This document shows positions 53,525 to 63,230 of a stretch of DNA of 64,000 nucleotides, piece after piece. The DNA comes from Candidatus Bathyarchaeota archaeon (GTDB lineage Archaea; Thermoproteota; Bathyarchaeia; Bathyarchaeales; Bathycorpusculaceae): NCBI GenBank assembly GCA_963715865.1, contig OY970280.1, forward strand, positions 1,696,001-1,760,000, written 5' to 3'. The notes beneath the pieces are model-generated. The model ran no database searches. It saw only the letters and a list, made by a program, of their open reading frames with translations, and was not told the origin of the DNA. Position 1 is the first letter of the stretch, and every line of letters begins with the position of its first letter. Position numbers and translations under genes: made by a program.

Positions 53525-56155
53525 GTGCTGCCAATGAGCCAGTGGCATTCGCGAGAAACACAAGAACTAATTCGTTTATCAGGCGTGAATCCTGAAAAAG
53601 GCTTAACAGACCAAGAGGTAGCACAGCGCCTAAGTAAGTACGGAAAAAACACTCTTGTAGAGCAAAGGGAAATCCGCTTCTTAGGCATTTTAAAAGAAGA
53701 AGTAACTGAACCCATGATTCTGCTGCTAATCGCTGTAGGAGTACTCTACAGCTTTTTAGGCAGCTTAAGCGACGCCTTAACAATAATCGTAATAATAATA
53801 GTCCTTGTCTTAGCCGAAGTCTGGAATGAATATAGAGCCAAACGCTCAATCGCTTCCCTAAGGCAACTGGCACCACCAACCACACTAGTACTTAGAGATG
53901 GGCAACCGAAAGAAGTTGAAACAGCTTTTCTTGTTCCAGGCGATATTTTACTTTTTAAAACGGGTCAAAGAGTCTCAGCAGATGCTAGATTACTTGAAGC
54001 CTTCGGATTAGAAGCTGATGAATCCTCGCTGACTGGCGAATCATTTCCAGTCTCAAAAGATGCCACTGCAGTGTTGGCGAGCGAAACCAGAATCACAGAT
54101 CAAATAAACATGCTTTTCGCCGGAACAATAATTACCAGAGGAAGAGCCAAAGCTCTAGTAACTGCAACTGGAATAAACACGGAGCTTGGAAGAGTTGCAG
54201 GCATAACTAAAGCGGCAAAGGAGCCAAAAACAACCCTTCAACTGGCTATGAAGCAGCTTTCTAAAACGCTAGTGTGGATTGCGCTTTTCTTTAGCATTCT
54301 TATTCCAGTTTTAAGTTACATCAGAGGTTTACAGCCTAATCCGGGAGAAGCAGTACTTTACGGGTTGTCGTTGGCTTTTGTTGTTATCCCTGAGGAACTG
54401 CCCATCATTATCACCATGGTTCTAGGCGTTGGCGGTTACGCATTATCCAAGAAAGGCGCTATAGTGAAACGTTTACGAGCAGCAGAAGCCCTTGGAAACG
54501 TAACAGTAATAGCCACAGATAAAACCGGCACCATAACAGAAAATAAAATGCGACTAGAACAACTCTACTTCGACGGCGCAATTCATAGAGCCCAAGATTT
54601 CAAAGAAAATGAGAAAGCAGCATTAAAAACCGCGCTTTTAGCCAGCGACGCCATCAGAAACATGGCAGGAACCACTGCCTTAAGCAATCCCATGGCTCAG
54701 GCAATCCTGGAACGCATTAAGCAGGATGAAATCGATACCCAAAACATAACGAAAGACTGGGTTCTAAAAGACGAGTTAAGCTTTGATGTTAAACGGAAAC
54801 TCGCTTCGTACGTCTACCAATACGGTAATTCCCTAGTGGTCTTATCCAGTGGCGCACCAGAGAAACTCTTAGCTAACTCTACAAAAATCCTAGTTAAAGG
54901 TGAAGAAACACCGCTCAATGACACCACAAGAAACGAAGTAAATAGAGCCATGGCGCAAATGGCCCAGTCGGGTGAACGCCTATTAGCTTTTGGTTACCAT
55001 AGGTTACAGGCTGATTCAGCGTTTGATGAGCAAAATCTTGAAAGAAACATCGTTTTTGTCGGCATCTTAGGCTTCATTGATCCGCCAAGAAAAGAGGTCA
55101 AGGGAGCCATACGCACATGCCAAGAAGCAGGCATAAAGGTAATGATGATTACTGGTGACCACCCAGAAACCGCTAGAGCCATCGCTTCTCAAGTTGGAAT
55201 AAACAGCGTCAACGTTTTAACTGGCAGTGAAATCTCAAAAATGACTGACGATGACTTGAAGAAAGCATTAAGGAACACATTTGTCTTTGCGCGAGTAACT
55301 CCTGAAGATAAACTGCGGTTAGTACGGCTCTTAAAGGAGAACGGCGAAATCGTAGCTGTCACGGGTGACGGAATAAACGATGCTCCAGCCCTCAAAGAAG
55401 CGCACATTGGCGTTGCAATGGGGATCCGCGGAACCGATGTTGCTAAAGAAACGGCAGATATGATTTTAACTGATGATAATTTTGCTACTATAGAAACTGC
55501 TGTTAAAGAAGGACGGAAGCTTTATAGCAACTTAAGGAAGGGAATTCGTTACTACTTAGCCTGCAAAGTAGCCTTGGTTTCCATTTTCCTTGTCCCAATC
55601 ATACTGGGCATTCCGCTGCCGTTTGCCCCAATACAAATCATAGTGCTGGAATTATTCATGGACTTAGCTGCATCTGCCACTTTCGTCGCTGAACCCGAAG
55701 AATCAGGCATAATGAACAAGCCACCAAACAACCCGAACGAAAAATTCATGAACAAAAACATGCTTACAAGCCTAGCCTTAGGTGCAGTAAGCCTATTCGC
55801 CGCGGTTACAGCAACTTACCTATTCACATGGTACACGAACCCCGCCTCATCGGCTATACAGCATGCGCAGACAGTAGCCTTCGCCACATGGATGCTAGGC
55901 CACATCCTATTAGCCTTAAACCTGCGCTCAGACAAAGAACCACTCTCAAAACGTGGCATCCTATCAAACAAGGTCATGGTGCTTTGGGCTCTAATTGTCA
56001 TAGCCACACTGATACTTGGAACAAACTTGCCGTTCATAGCGAGCTCGCTTAAAATAACAAGCTTAACGCCGACGGACTGGGCAATAGTTGTCATTGTAGC
56101 GTTTGCGGCAACTTTCTGGATGGAACTTAAGAAAATACTTCAGAGAAGCACCTAA
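53525..56155 (+). CDS. Cation-transporting P-type ATPase (type II-like)
   Basis: TGES, DKTGT, TGDGIND; PEEL instead of PEGL in TM4. Confidence 0.95.
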   Translation: MLPMSQWHSRETQELIRLSGVNPEKGLTDQEVAQRLSKYGKNTLVEQREIRFLGILKEEVTEPMILLLIAVGVLYSFLGSLSDALTIIVIIIVLVLAEVWNEYRAKRSIASLRQLAPPTTLVLRDGQPKEVETAFLVPGDILLFKTGQRVSADARLLEAFGLEADESSLTGESFPVSKDATAVLASETRITDQINMLFAGTIITRGRAKALVTATGINTELGRVAGITKAAKEPKTTLQLAMKQLSKTLVWIALFFSILIPVLSYIRGLQPNPGEAVLYGLSLAFVVIPEELPIIITMVLGVGGYALSKKGAIVKRLRAAEALGNVTVIATDKTGTITENKMRLEQLYFDGAIHRAQDFKENEKAALKTALLASDAIRNMAGTTALSNPMAQAILERIKQDEIDTQNITKDWVLKDELSFDVKRKLASYVYQYGNSLVVLSSGAPEKLLANSTKILVKGEETPLNDTTRNEVNRAMAQMAQSGERLLAFGYHRLQADSAFDEQNLERNIVFVGILGFIDPPRKEVKGAIRTCQEAGIKVMMITGDHPETARAIASQVGINSVNVLTGSEISKMTDDDLKKALRNTFVFARVTPEDKLRLVRLLKENGEIVAVTGDGINDAPALKEAHIGVAMGIRGTDVAKETADMILTDDNFATIETAVKEGRKLYSNLRKGIRYYLACKVALVSIFLVPIILGIPLPFAPIQIIVLELFMDLAASATFVAEPEESGIMNKPPNNPNEKFMNKNMLTSLALGAVSLFAAVTATYLFTWYTNPASSAIQHAQTVAFATWMLGHILLALNLRSDKEPLSKRGILSNKVMVLWALIVIATLILGTNLPFIASSLKITSLTPTDWAIVVIVAFAATFWMELKKILQRST

Positions 56156-56181
56156 CTTTTAAATCAAAACATTTCTATACA

Positions 56182-56616
56182 ATGCCATTAAGGGAGAGAC
56201 GAGGGTTGCCGATAAAGTATTTTGAAGCTCCAGAAATCAAAAAGCAAGTAGACCAGTTAGCAGAAGAATGCGAGTTCTACCATGTTGTGCCACAATTCGT
56301 TTTTTGCGTCAGAAGCAAAGGCTCCAAGGCTAGGCGTACAATCGCGCGAATTCACGGTTTAGGCAAGATTTGGCAAGGAGTTTTGAACCTGCCGCCTTCC
56401 TACATTATTGAGGTTATTTCTGAGATTTTTGATAAAATGTCAGATGAAGACAAAGAGAGAACTTTGATTCATGAACTAATGCATATTCCAGGCGGTTTCT
56501 CCGGAGGTTTCCGCCCGCATAAGGGTTATGTTGAGAGAAAAAATGTTGAGATAGTTTATAAGAAACTGCAGAGTGATAGGGCTTTGAAAAAGCAAAAAAC
56601 GCTTTTTTTCCAGTAA
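56182..56616 (+). CDS. Putative metallopeptidase (HExxH)
   Basis: ARIHGL...IHELMHIP. Confidence 0.75.
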   Translation: MPLRERRGLPIKYFEAPEIKKQVDQLAEECEFYHVVPQFVFCVRSKGSKARRTIARIHGLGKIWQGVLNLPPSYIIEVISEIFDKMSDEDKERTLIHELMHIPGGFSGGFRPHKGYVERKNVEIVYKKLQSDRALKKQKTLFFQ

Positions 56617-56772
56617 TTTGAATGGATTATTGGTGAATGTTTTTAAGTCGCGGAAAAGAGGTAATAGAAAGTTACAGCCTTAAGCGAAAAATAAAAAGCC
56701 ATGTATCGCAAATATCTTGGCAAAGTATAAATCTGTGAAGAGTGCCTTGCCAAGAAGTTTGAGGTCTAGCTA

Positions 56773-58426
56773 ATGAAACATGTTATGAAAAGTTTAAAAC
56801 ATAATGGCATATTCGTTCCGTATTACGATTATAAAGGCTTCAGCATCAAAATTAACGGTCAAACAATAAAGCTGACGCCTAAAAGTGAACAGATGGCGGT
56901 TGCGTGGATAAGAAAAACCTTGTCAACCATTTCTCCGCCAGATAGCGTTTTTAAGAGGAATTTCATGCGGGAATTCCTTGGGCAGTTGAAAAAGGAGAAC
57001 TCTTCGGCAGGTTTCTTGGATGGTTTTTCTTCAAAATACCTAACTAGCATCGATAATCCTTCAGCAATCTTAAACAATGGTAACCAGCCGTTGGAATAGC
57101 GAAATCGACTTTTCAGAAGTTACCAGTTATATTGAACAGGAAAAACAAAAGAAGCTAAACATAAGCAAAGAAGAGAAGAAACAGCAAGCTGAACAACGCA
57201 AAGCTAAACGTTTAGAATTCAAAGAAAAATACGGTTATGCCGAAGTTGACGGAGAAAAACTGGAAATCGCCAACTGGACTTCGGAGCCATCATGCCTTTT
57301 CGCTGGACGCGGTGACCATCCGCAGCGTGGAAAATGGAAGGACGGCCCAAACGAAGGAGACATAATCCTAAACCTTCCGCCTGACGCACCTGTTCCGCCG
57401 GGACGCTGGAAAGGAGTAGTTTGGGAACCCGACAAGATGTACGTGGCTAAATGGGAAGACAAACTAACAGGCAAAATCAAGTACGTCTGGTTCTCTGATA
57501 CAGCGTTCCTCAAGCAGAATCGAGAGAAAGAAAAATTCCAGAAAGCCGAAACCTTAGGCAAACAAATCAAAACAATTGAACAGCACATACTCAAAAATCT
57601 TAACGATAAAGATGATGCAAGGCGCAAGGTTGCAACTGTGTCGTGGCTTATTTTGGTGCCTAACATGAGGGTGGGCGACGAAAAGGACCCAGATGAAGCC
57701 GACACAGTGGGCGCCATAACGCTCAGGGCAGAGCACATCAAAATAGAAGGCGACACCATACACTTCGACTTCCTCGGCAAAGACAGCGTCAGATGGATAA
57801 AAAACGTTAAAGCACCGCCAGAAGTTATCCGAAACATCCAACACTACATACAAACAAGCAAAGAATACCTCTTCGAAGGCGTCGACTCCAAGAAGGTTTC
57901 CCGTTTCCTCTCTGAAAAAATGCCAAAGTTAACCGCTAAAGTCTTCCGCACTTGGAGATGCACAAAAACAGTCAAAGAAGAACTCGATAAAAGCGGAGTA
58001 GCAAAGGACGACCCAGATTACCGCAAGAATTTCGCTGCAAAAATGGCTAATTATAAAGTGGCAGAAGTGGCAAACCACAAAAGGAAGATTCCGCCAACCT
58101 TTGACCAGCGCTTAGCTAAAAAAGAAGACAACCTCAAAGCGCTTGAGGCGCAGCTCGAAGCAAAAAAAGCCGCAGGCAAAAAAACCGAATCACTTGAGAC
58201 AAGAATAGAAAAAGCCAAACTGGACATTGAATTGACAAAGCTAACCAAAGAATACAACTTGGGCACATCGCTGAAATCATACATTGACCCAACAGCTTAC
58301 GTGAAATGGGCAAAAAAAGTCAAGTTCGACATAGAAAAATTCTACCCCAAAACATTAAGGAACAAGTTCAGTTGGGCACTGCAGAGCAGCAAAGCATCGC
58401 AAGCAGCCGAGTGCATAACCGCATGA
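56773..58426 (+). CDS. topIB: Eukaryote-like DNA topoisomerase IB, split into two overlapping ORFs (56773-57099 and 57077-58426)
   Basis: LKHNG, RGDHP..GKWK, RVGDEK, DFLGKDS, AKVFRT, NHK, SLKSYID; deleting T57097 gives ...PLESEIDF in frame. Confidence 0.9.
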
Positions 58427-58698
58427 AAATCAACGAAACCAAAGACGGCGTAATCATCACAATTTATGTAAAACCAAACGCGCCTAAATTCCGCATAGAA
58501 CTTGATGGCGACGAAATTGTTGTTCACTGCACTGAGGAACCAGTTAAAGGCAAAGTTAACAAGGAAATAATAAAAGAATTTTCAAAGCTCTTGCATGCTA
58601 AGGTTGAGCTTGCCTCTGGCGCCACCTCAAGGCAGAAACAACTGTTTGTGCAGGGCATTGGGAAAAGCCAAGTAGAAGAGCTTTTGCAGACAAATTGA
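58423..58698 (+). CDS. DUF167/YggU family protein
   Basis: VKPNA...PVKGKVN...SGATSRQK; ATG overlaps the topIB stop. Confidence 0.85.
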   Translation: MKINETKDGVIITIYVKPNAPKFRIELDGDEIVVHCTEEPVKGKVNKEIIKEFSKLLHAKVELASGATSRQKQLFVQGIGKSQVEELLQTN

Positions 58699-59032
58699 TT
58701 GCAAGTGAGTATTGATATATCAGAAACCGAAATATCCCTTTTAAGCCAAAAAAGCGCTTAAGAGGAATGGAAAGGATTGTAATTTAAGGGAGAGGGGCAA
58801 ACCCCCTTCACCTTACCCCTAAAGCTACCCGTCTGCACTTCTCAACATCAATTCATTCACAAAATTGTGGCAAGATTGGTTTCCTGATGGGTACAAAAAC
58901 TGTTTAACGTTCTTCACCGGCATAAGTCGAACCTTTAACCATACGCTCTCTGAGGAGATGCAAGTCTTAACAAGCAAGCTAGTTAATGCGTCAGTCTACA
59001 TTGAGCACTAAACTCAACCATAGAGTCACCAT

Positions 59033-59103
59033 GCTGAGGTGGCCGAATTGTTCAGCGACAGCCTGCAAAGCTGGGTATATGGGTTCAATTCCCGTCCCCA
59101 GTT
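59033..59103 (+). tRNA. Degenerate tRNA-Cys (GCA), possibly a pseudogene
   Basis: Foldable cloverleaf with GCA anticodon and U73, but mismatches in the acceptor, D and anticodon stems. Confidence 0.6.
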
Positions 59104-59193
59104 CTTAAGAGGAGCTATACTCTGAAACCCATAAGAACAGGTCCAAGCGAACAAACCCGTCATTTATTATAAGTAATCTACTCCAGTAAAATG

Positions 59194-60162
59194 TCATAAT
59201 TTTGCCATTAAGTCCTCGAAGTTCTTAATCAAAAAGTCGGGCACCCATTGATACACAGCCAATGGAATTTTTAGATCCTCAGTTATCTGTTTAAATGCTT
59301 CTCTATCAAATGGCGGTTGAAGTAAGTAGCGCTTGACTTGAAAAACTGTACCCTTTGCAGTCCTAACAATTTCATAAATCCTAGGGTGCGATAATCTAGT
59401 TACAAGAACAGGGATTAAGTCTAGGGTTTTACATATATCCAACATTTGATGAACGTCATCTACTCTAGGACACTCTAATCTGTTTTTAATTTGAATTCCA
59501 ATATAGGTATCCTTGGCCTTGGCATAAGCAACATAATCCAAGTCTTTCTTTCTCCCAGGCCTTTCTTCACCCGTTTGATGATATTCCTTTCCGTTAAAGT
59601 AGTGAGAATTCTTAGAGACAACATCATAACCTGCCCTTATCAAGGCATCCTCAACAAGCATCTCAGAATAGTCATCGTAAATAACGCCACGTCTTACATA
59701 TTTTCTAGGGTGAGTTATGTAAATGATCATTAGCTTTTTCTTATATTCAGCGATATCTTTTACATTACTCCATATTACATTTCTTGGAAAAAACCACCGA
59801 TTTTCATTGTAAAATTCCGTGTTCAATTCATTTGCTTCAACAAGTATATCACAAGCGTCATCAACATCCTCATGCCAAAAATAGTCTTCTAAAGCCACTT
59901 GCAATTCTCGCAAATAAACAATTTTCCTTGTTCTAACTGTTCTTAAAATTTCATCTTTAATGCTATCTAGGTTACGAGCCTTTCTGTCGCTTTGTATCCT
60001 TTTTACTTCTGTTTCGGTAAATCGATAACGACCTGTACCCGTACGGTAATAGTTGATTTTTTCATCTTCAATCCAACGATAAATTGTTCTCGTACTTACA
60101 TCTAATATCTTGGCTAATTTGCTTGTTGAGAATTCCTTACCACCATGTAAAGGCTCAGTCAA
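59194..60162 (-). CDS. Excisionase-type HTH fused to a PD-(D/E)xK-like (QxK) nuclease domain
   Basis: KLAKILDVSTRTIYRW...GRYRF; SE...DLD...IQIK. Confidence 0.65.
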   Translation of the reverse strand: MTEPLHGGKEFSTSKLAKILDVSTRTIYRWIEDEKINYYRTGTGRYRFTETEVKRIQSDRKARNLDSIKDEILRTVRTRKIVYLRELQVALEDYFWHEDVDDACDILVEANELNTEFYNENRWFFPRNVIWSNVKDIAEYKKKLMIIYITHPRKYVRRGVIYDDYSEMLVEDALIRAGYDVVSKNSHYFNGKEYHQTGEERPGRKKDLDYVAYAKAKDTYIGIQIKNRLECPRVDDVHQMLDICKTLDLIPVLVTRLSHPRIYEIVRTAKGTVFQVKRYLLQPPFDREAFKQITEDLKIPLAVYQWVPDFLIKNFEDLMAKL

Positions 60163-60306
60163 TTGATATCAAACAACGTTATGCTTGCTAATGGGATAAA
60201 ACATTTACGTTTAAGATTTTTGAAGATAGTCATTTTACAAAAAGGGAAATTGCCTCAGAGGTCACATTGCCGAGAAAGTTTGGGCATTATTGCTTCTCAA
60301 TAGTTG

Positions 60307-60550
60307 TTAGGGGGTTGTGTTGTTTAGGTTTTTTCGGATGTTGTTGATGTTGTCAAGCATTTTCGTTTCCGCACTTTCAGGCGGCAAAGCGTCATTTGAG
60401 CTACTTCCTGTTGGGCTTATTGTTACTTCTAGGATGGTGCCTGTGAGTTTTTTTCTTCTCTTTGCTTGAGGACTTCCATGGTTAGTTTTGGGATTGTTAG
60501 GCGGCCGTCGCTGACCATTTTTGCGAAGAACGCTTCTTCTTGGTAGCCGT
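60307..60550 (-). pseudogene. Frameshifted copy of the AbrB-like gene fragment at 61496
   Basis: AKMVSDGRLTIPKLTM in one frame, LEVTISP...ETKML in another; 1-nt loss near 60447. Confidence 0.8.
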
Positions 60551-60591
60551 GCTGAGTCGAAGGGTTTGAGGCTGACTTTTATGAGCACAGA

Positions 60592-61014
60592 CTAGAGGTC
60601 TTTTGCAAAGTCTGCGGGCTCTATTCTTTTTATTCCTTTGATTTTATCGTATATGTGTTCGGTGCTGAGTATTGTTTTGTCTCTAGCTATTGCTGTTGCA
60701 AGGTGATAGGCATCGAAGGGAGAGGTATTGTACTCGCTTATCAACAGTGAGGCAGTTAGACATATCTCAGGAGTTATTGCAATCCACTCGACGTTCCGTA
60801 AGTGCGTGAGAACATTCACGGCTTTAGTGAGCTCACCTAGTAATTGCCTATTGTAAAACCAAAATATGATTTCCTGTATCACAGCGGTTGAAGCATAAAC
60901 ACCTTTTAGCTCACCGCAATCTATTCTCTCCAAGATTTTCTCAGCGGTAAGTTTCAATCGGTCATCTTTCTTTATGACAGCTAATAAAAGGTCCGATTCG
61001 ATTAGAATCCACAA
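60592..61014 (-). CDS. vapC: VapC/PIN-domain toxin
   Basis: IESDLL...FDAYHLATA...STEHIYD. Confidence 0.88.
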   Translation of the reverse strand: MWILIESDLLLAVIKKDDRLKLTAEKILERIDCGELKGVYASTAVIQEIIFWFYNRQLLGELTKAVNVLTHLRNVEWIAITPEICLTASLLISEYNTSPFDAYHLATAIARDKTILSTEHIYDKIKGIKRIEPADFAKDL

Positions 61015-61272
61015 TCACCTTTTTAATTTTCTGTCCACAAGCCTTCGAGCTGTTTCTAAAGCTTCCATCCGCATTTCATGAACGGATTCTTTAACGTCAA
61101 TTTTGAAATCCTTTAATTCCTTAAGTGGATGTTTAGAAACTGGCACCATCGCCACATGGTCGCCTAAGTCAACATAAATGATGCTGTCTCCCTCATCAAT
61201 CCTGTATTTTTTCCTGATTGCTTTGGGGATTGTGGTTTGGCATTGCCTTGTAACCTTGACTTCGTAAGCCAT
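61015..61272 (-). CDS. AbrB/MazE-type antitoxin
   Basis: KVTRQCQTTIPKAIRKKY. Confidence 0.88.
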   Translation of the reverse strand: MAYEVKVTRQCQTTIPKAIRKKYRIDEGDSIIYVDLGDHVAMVPVSKHPLKELKDFKIDVKESVHEMRMEALETARRLVDRKLKR

Positions 61273-61283
61273 AATAGTGCACC

Positions 61284-61352
61284 TACTAAATTAGTATGCA
61301 AAATACTATAAATTGTTTGCTTCTACTATTATCGACTTCTACTATTATCGAC
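61284..61352. promoter_or_regulatory. TA promoter region: palindrome plus 16-bp tandem repeat
   Basis: TACTAA-A-TTAGTA at 61284-61296; TTCTACTATTATCGAC twice at 61321-61352. Confidence 0.55.
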
Positions 61353-61495
61353 CGAGAAATTCGTTAAAAATTCCCGAAATTTCCATAACTGTTCTTATGC
61401 AGAACAAGATTTGTCGTTTTCTGTTTTCTACCAGAACAATTTTCTAGGCAGGTAAGGTCAGACCTGAATTTTTGCAATTCTTCATTCTAAATTTG

Positions 61496-61759
61496 TTAAC
61501 TTGTGTTGCCCAGATTTTTTCGGATATCCTTGATTTTGCCCAACATTTTCGTTTCAGTACTTTCAGCGGGCGAAGCGTCATTGGAGCTTCCTGCTGGGCT
61601 AATTTTCACTTCAAGGATGCAGCCTTCAAGGTTTTTTTCTTCTATTTCTTGCAGGATTTGCATGGTTAGTTTTGGAATTGTTAGGCGGCCGTCGCTGACC
61701 ATTTTTGCAAGGAACTCTTCTTCTGGGTAGCTGTCGAGGTTTGGGTATTGTTTGAACAA
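61496..61759 (-). CDS. AbrB-like domain protein, probably a 3' gene fragment
   Basis: AKMVSDGRLTIPK swapped-hairpin motif. Confidence 0.55.
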   Translation of the reverse strand: MFKQYPNLDSYPEEEFLAKMVSDGRLTIPKLTMQILQEIEEKNLEGCILEVKISPAGSSNDASPAESTETKMLGKIKDIRKNLGNTS

Positions 61760-61880
61760 AGCGTTTTGGGGTTGTTTGAACTAATGTCTATAGGTTCTGC
61801 GGGGGCATCTGTGCGTGCGGAGGCTAAGTGGTCTACTTTTAGCTTGAAATTTTAGCGGCAAAAACCAGTCTTGTAGCCGT

Positions 61881-63149
61881 TTAGGTTTGTTGTTTGAATC
61901 GGAGCATCGCGGCGATGCCGCCAAACGCGTTCTTCAGCATTTGCCCCTCTTCAGTCTCACCAGAAATAATCTCAACATCCGTGTTTGCAAGTTCCGCCAA
62001 CTCTGCCAAGTCATCAACAACATCCTTCTTATCCACTACCGCTAAGGATGGCGCGGTGCATTTTGGGCAAGGTTTCCCGACTAAGCTTTGCTCAAAACTG
62101 GCTACCTCTTGGCTTTTGAGGGTACGTTGTTCCTCGTAGCCGCAAGCGCTGCACTTAACTGTGACACGAACTAAATCCAAGCTCTCGGACATGATGAGCA
62201 AGCGAACTGCACCTGCCTGCAGCAGCCTTCGAACTTCAGCTTCACCATAAGTCATCATTCCAGTGTCATGGCCAACTTCGTAGAGGAATTTTTGCATGAT
62301 TTCTTTTTCTTCGATGTAGCGGACTTTGCGCATTATTTCAGGCGCTTTATCTACCACTTCTTTAACGCCTTGCTCTTCCACGTAAGCTGTGTCGATTGTG
62401 TCGATGATTTTGTTTTTCAACTGGTAATTGAGGTAGTCGCCTTTTTCAAAATCGTATTTTGTCGGGCCAGGTCCACCGACAATTATGCCCTTTAAAGTGT
62501 CGATTGGCAAGAAAGCCTCGTTCGCATGCGCACCAACACGAGTAAAATACTCATTAAGCTGCATATCCCTTAAGCGCTCATATCGCCTAGCTGATTGCCC
62601 ACCAGCACGAGTCTTGCCTGCAACGCCTGAATGCATTTTCCTAACAATCTCAAGTCGTTTACCCTGCAAAGTCGCAATCGTAGCATCTGAAGCATCCACA
62701 AGCAAAATGCCATAAGTTTCTTTTTCCCGCAACATCTCCTGCAGGTGCTCAGTGTGGAAGCGTGAATCACAACGATAAAGGAAAACCCTGATGGGTTCAG
62801 GCGGAATGATGACGTATGATTCCATGCGTTCGGTACCTGGTCCGCCACCTTCCTGCGGAAGGGCACCACAAAAAATCACTATGCCCTTTTCGCCCGGATC
62901 CTTGAAAAGTTTGAGCTTCTGCTGAGCTTTAACGATAGCATCTAGAACGTTTTTCCGTGTAACGTTTGATTTAATGTTGCTGGCGGTTCCATATTCGTCC
63001 CGCAGAAGGTTTAAGGCATCGCTGATTTGTTTGCCCGGCGGAACATAGATGGTGATGAGTTCCGTGTGGCTACCTTCTTTGCTGGCTAGCGAGTTGAGTG
63101 TTTTTCGTAGCCTGAATAGTTCAAGGGACGTTTTTTTCGCTGTACTCAA
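61881..63149 (-). CDS. prf1: Peptide chain release factor aRF1
   Basis: NIKS, YRCDSRF, GGQS motifs. Confidence 0.97.
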   Translation of the reverse strand: MSTAKKTSLELFRLRKTLNSLASKEGSHTELITIYVPPGKQISDALNLLRDEYGTASNIKSNVTRKNVLDAIVKAQQKLKLFKDPGEKGIVIFCGALPQEGGGPGTERMESYVIIPPEPIRVFLYRCDSRFHTEHLQEMLREKETYGILLVDASDATIATLQGKRLEIVRKMHSGVAGKTRAGGQSARRYERLRDMQLNEYFTRVGAHANEAFLPIDTLKGIIVGGPGPTKYDFEKGDYLNYQLKNKIIDTIDTAYVEEQGVKEVVDKAPEIMRKVRYIEEKEIMQKFLYEVGHDTGMMTYGEAEVRRLLQAGAVRLLIMSESLDLVRVTVKCSACGYEEQRTLKSQEVASFEQSLVGKPCPKCTAPSLAVVDKKDVVDDLAELAELANTDVEIISGETEEGQMLKNAFGGIAAMLRFKQQT

Positions 63150-63230
63150 ATAACTTCACTAAATCTATTTAGTTGGATAACTAACGTTAAAAGGAATCAA
63201 ATAAAAGTTCCGTATGAAAAACAAAAGCTG

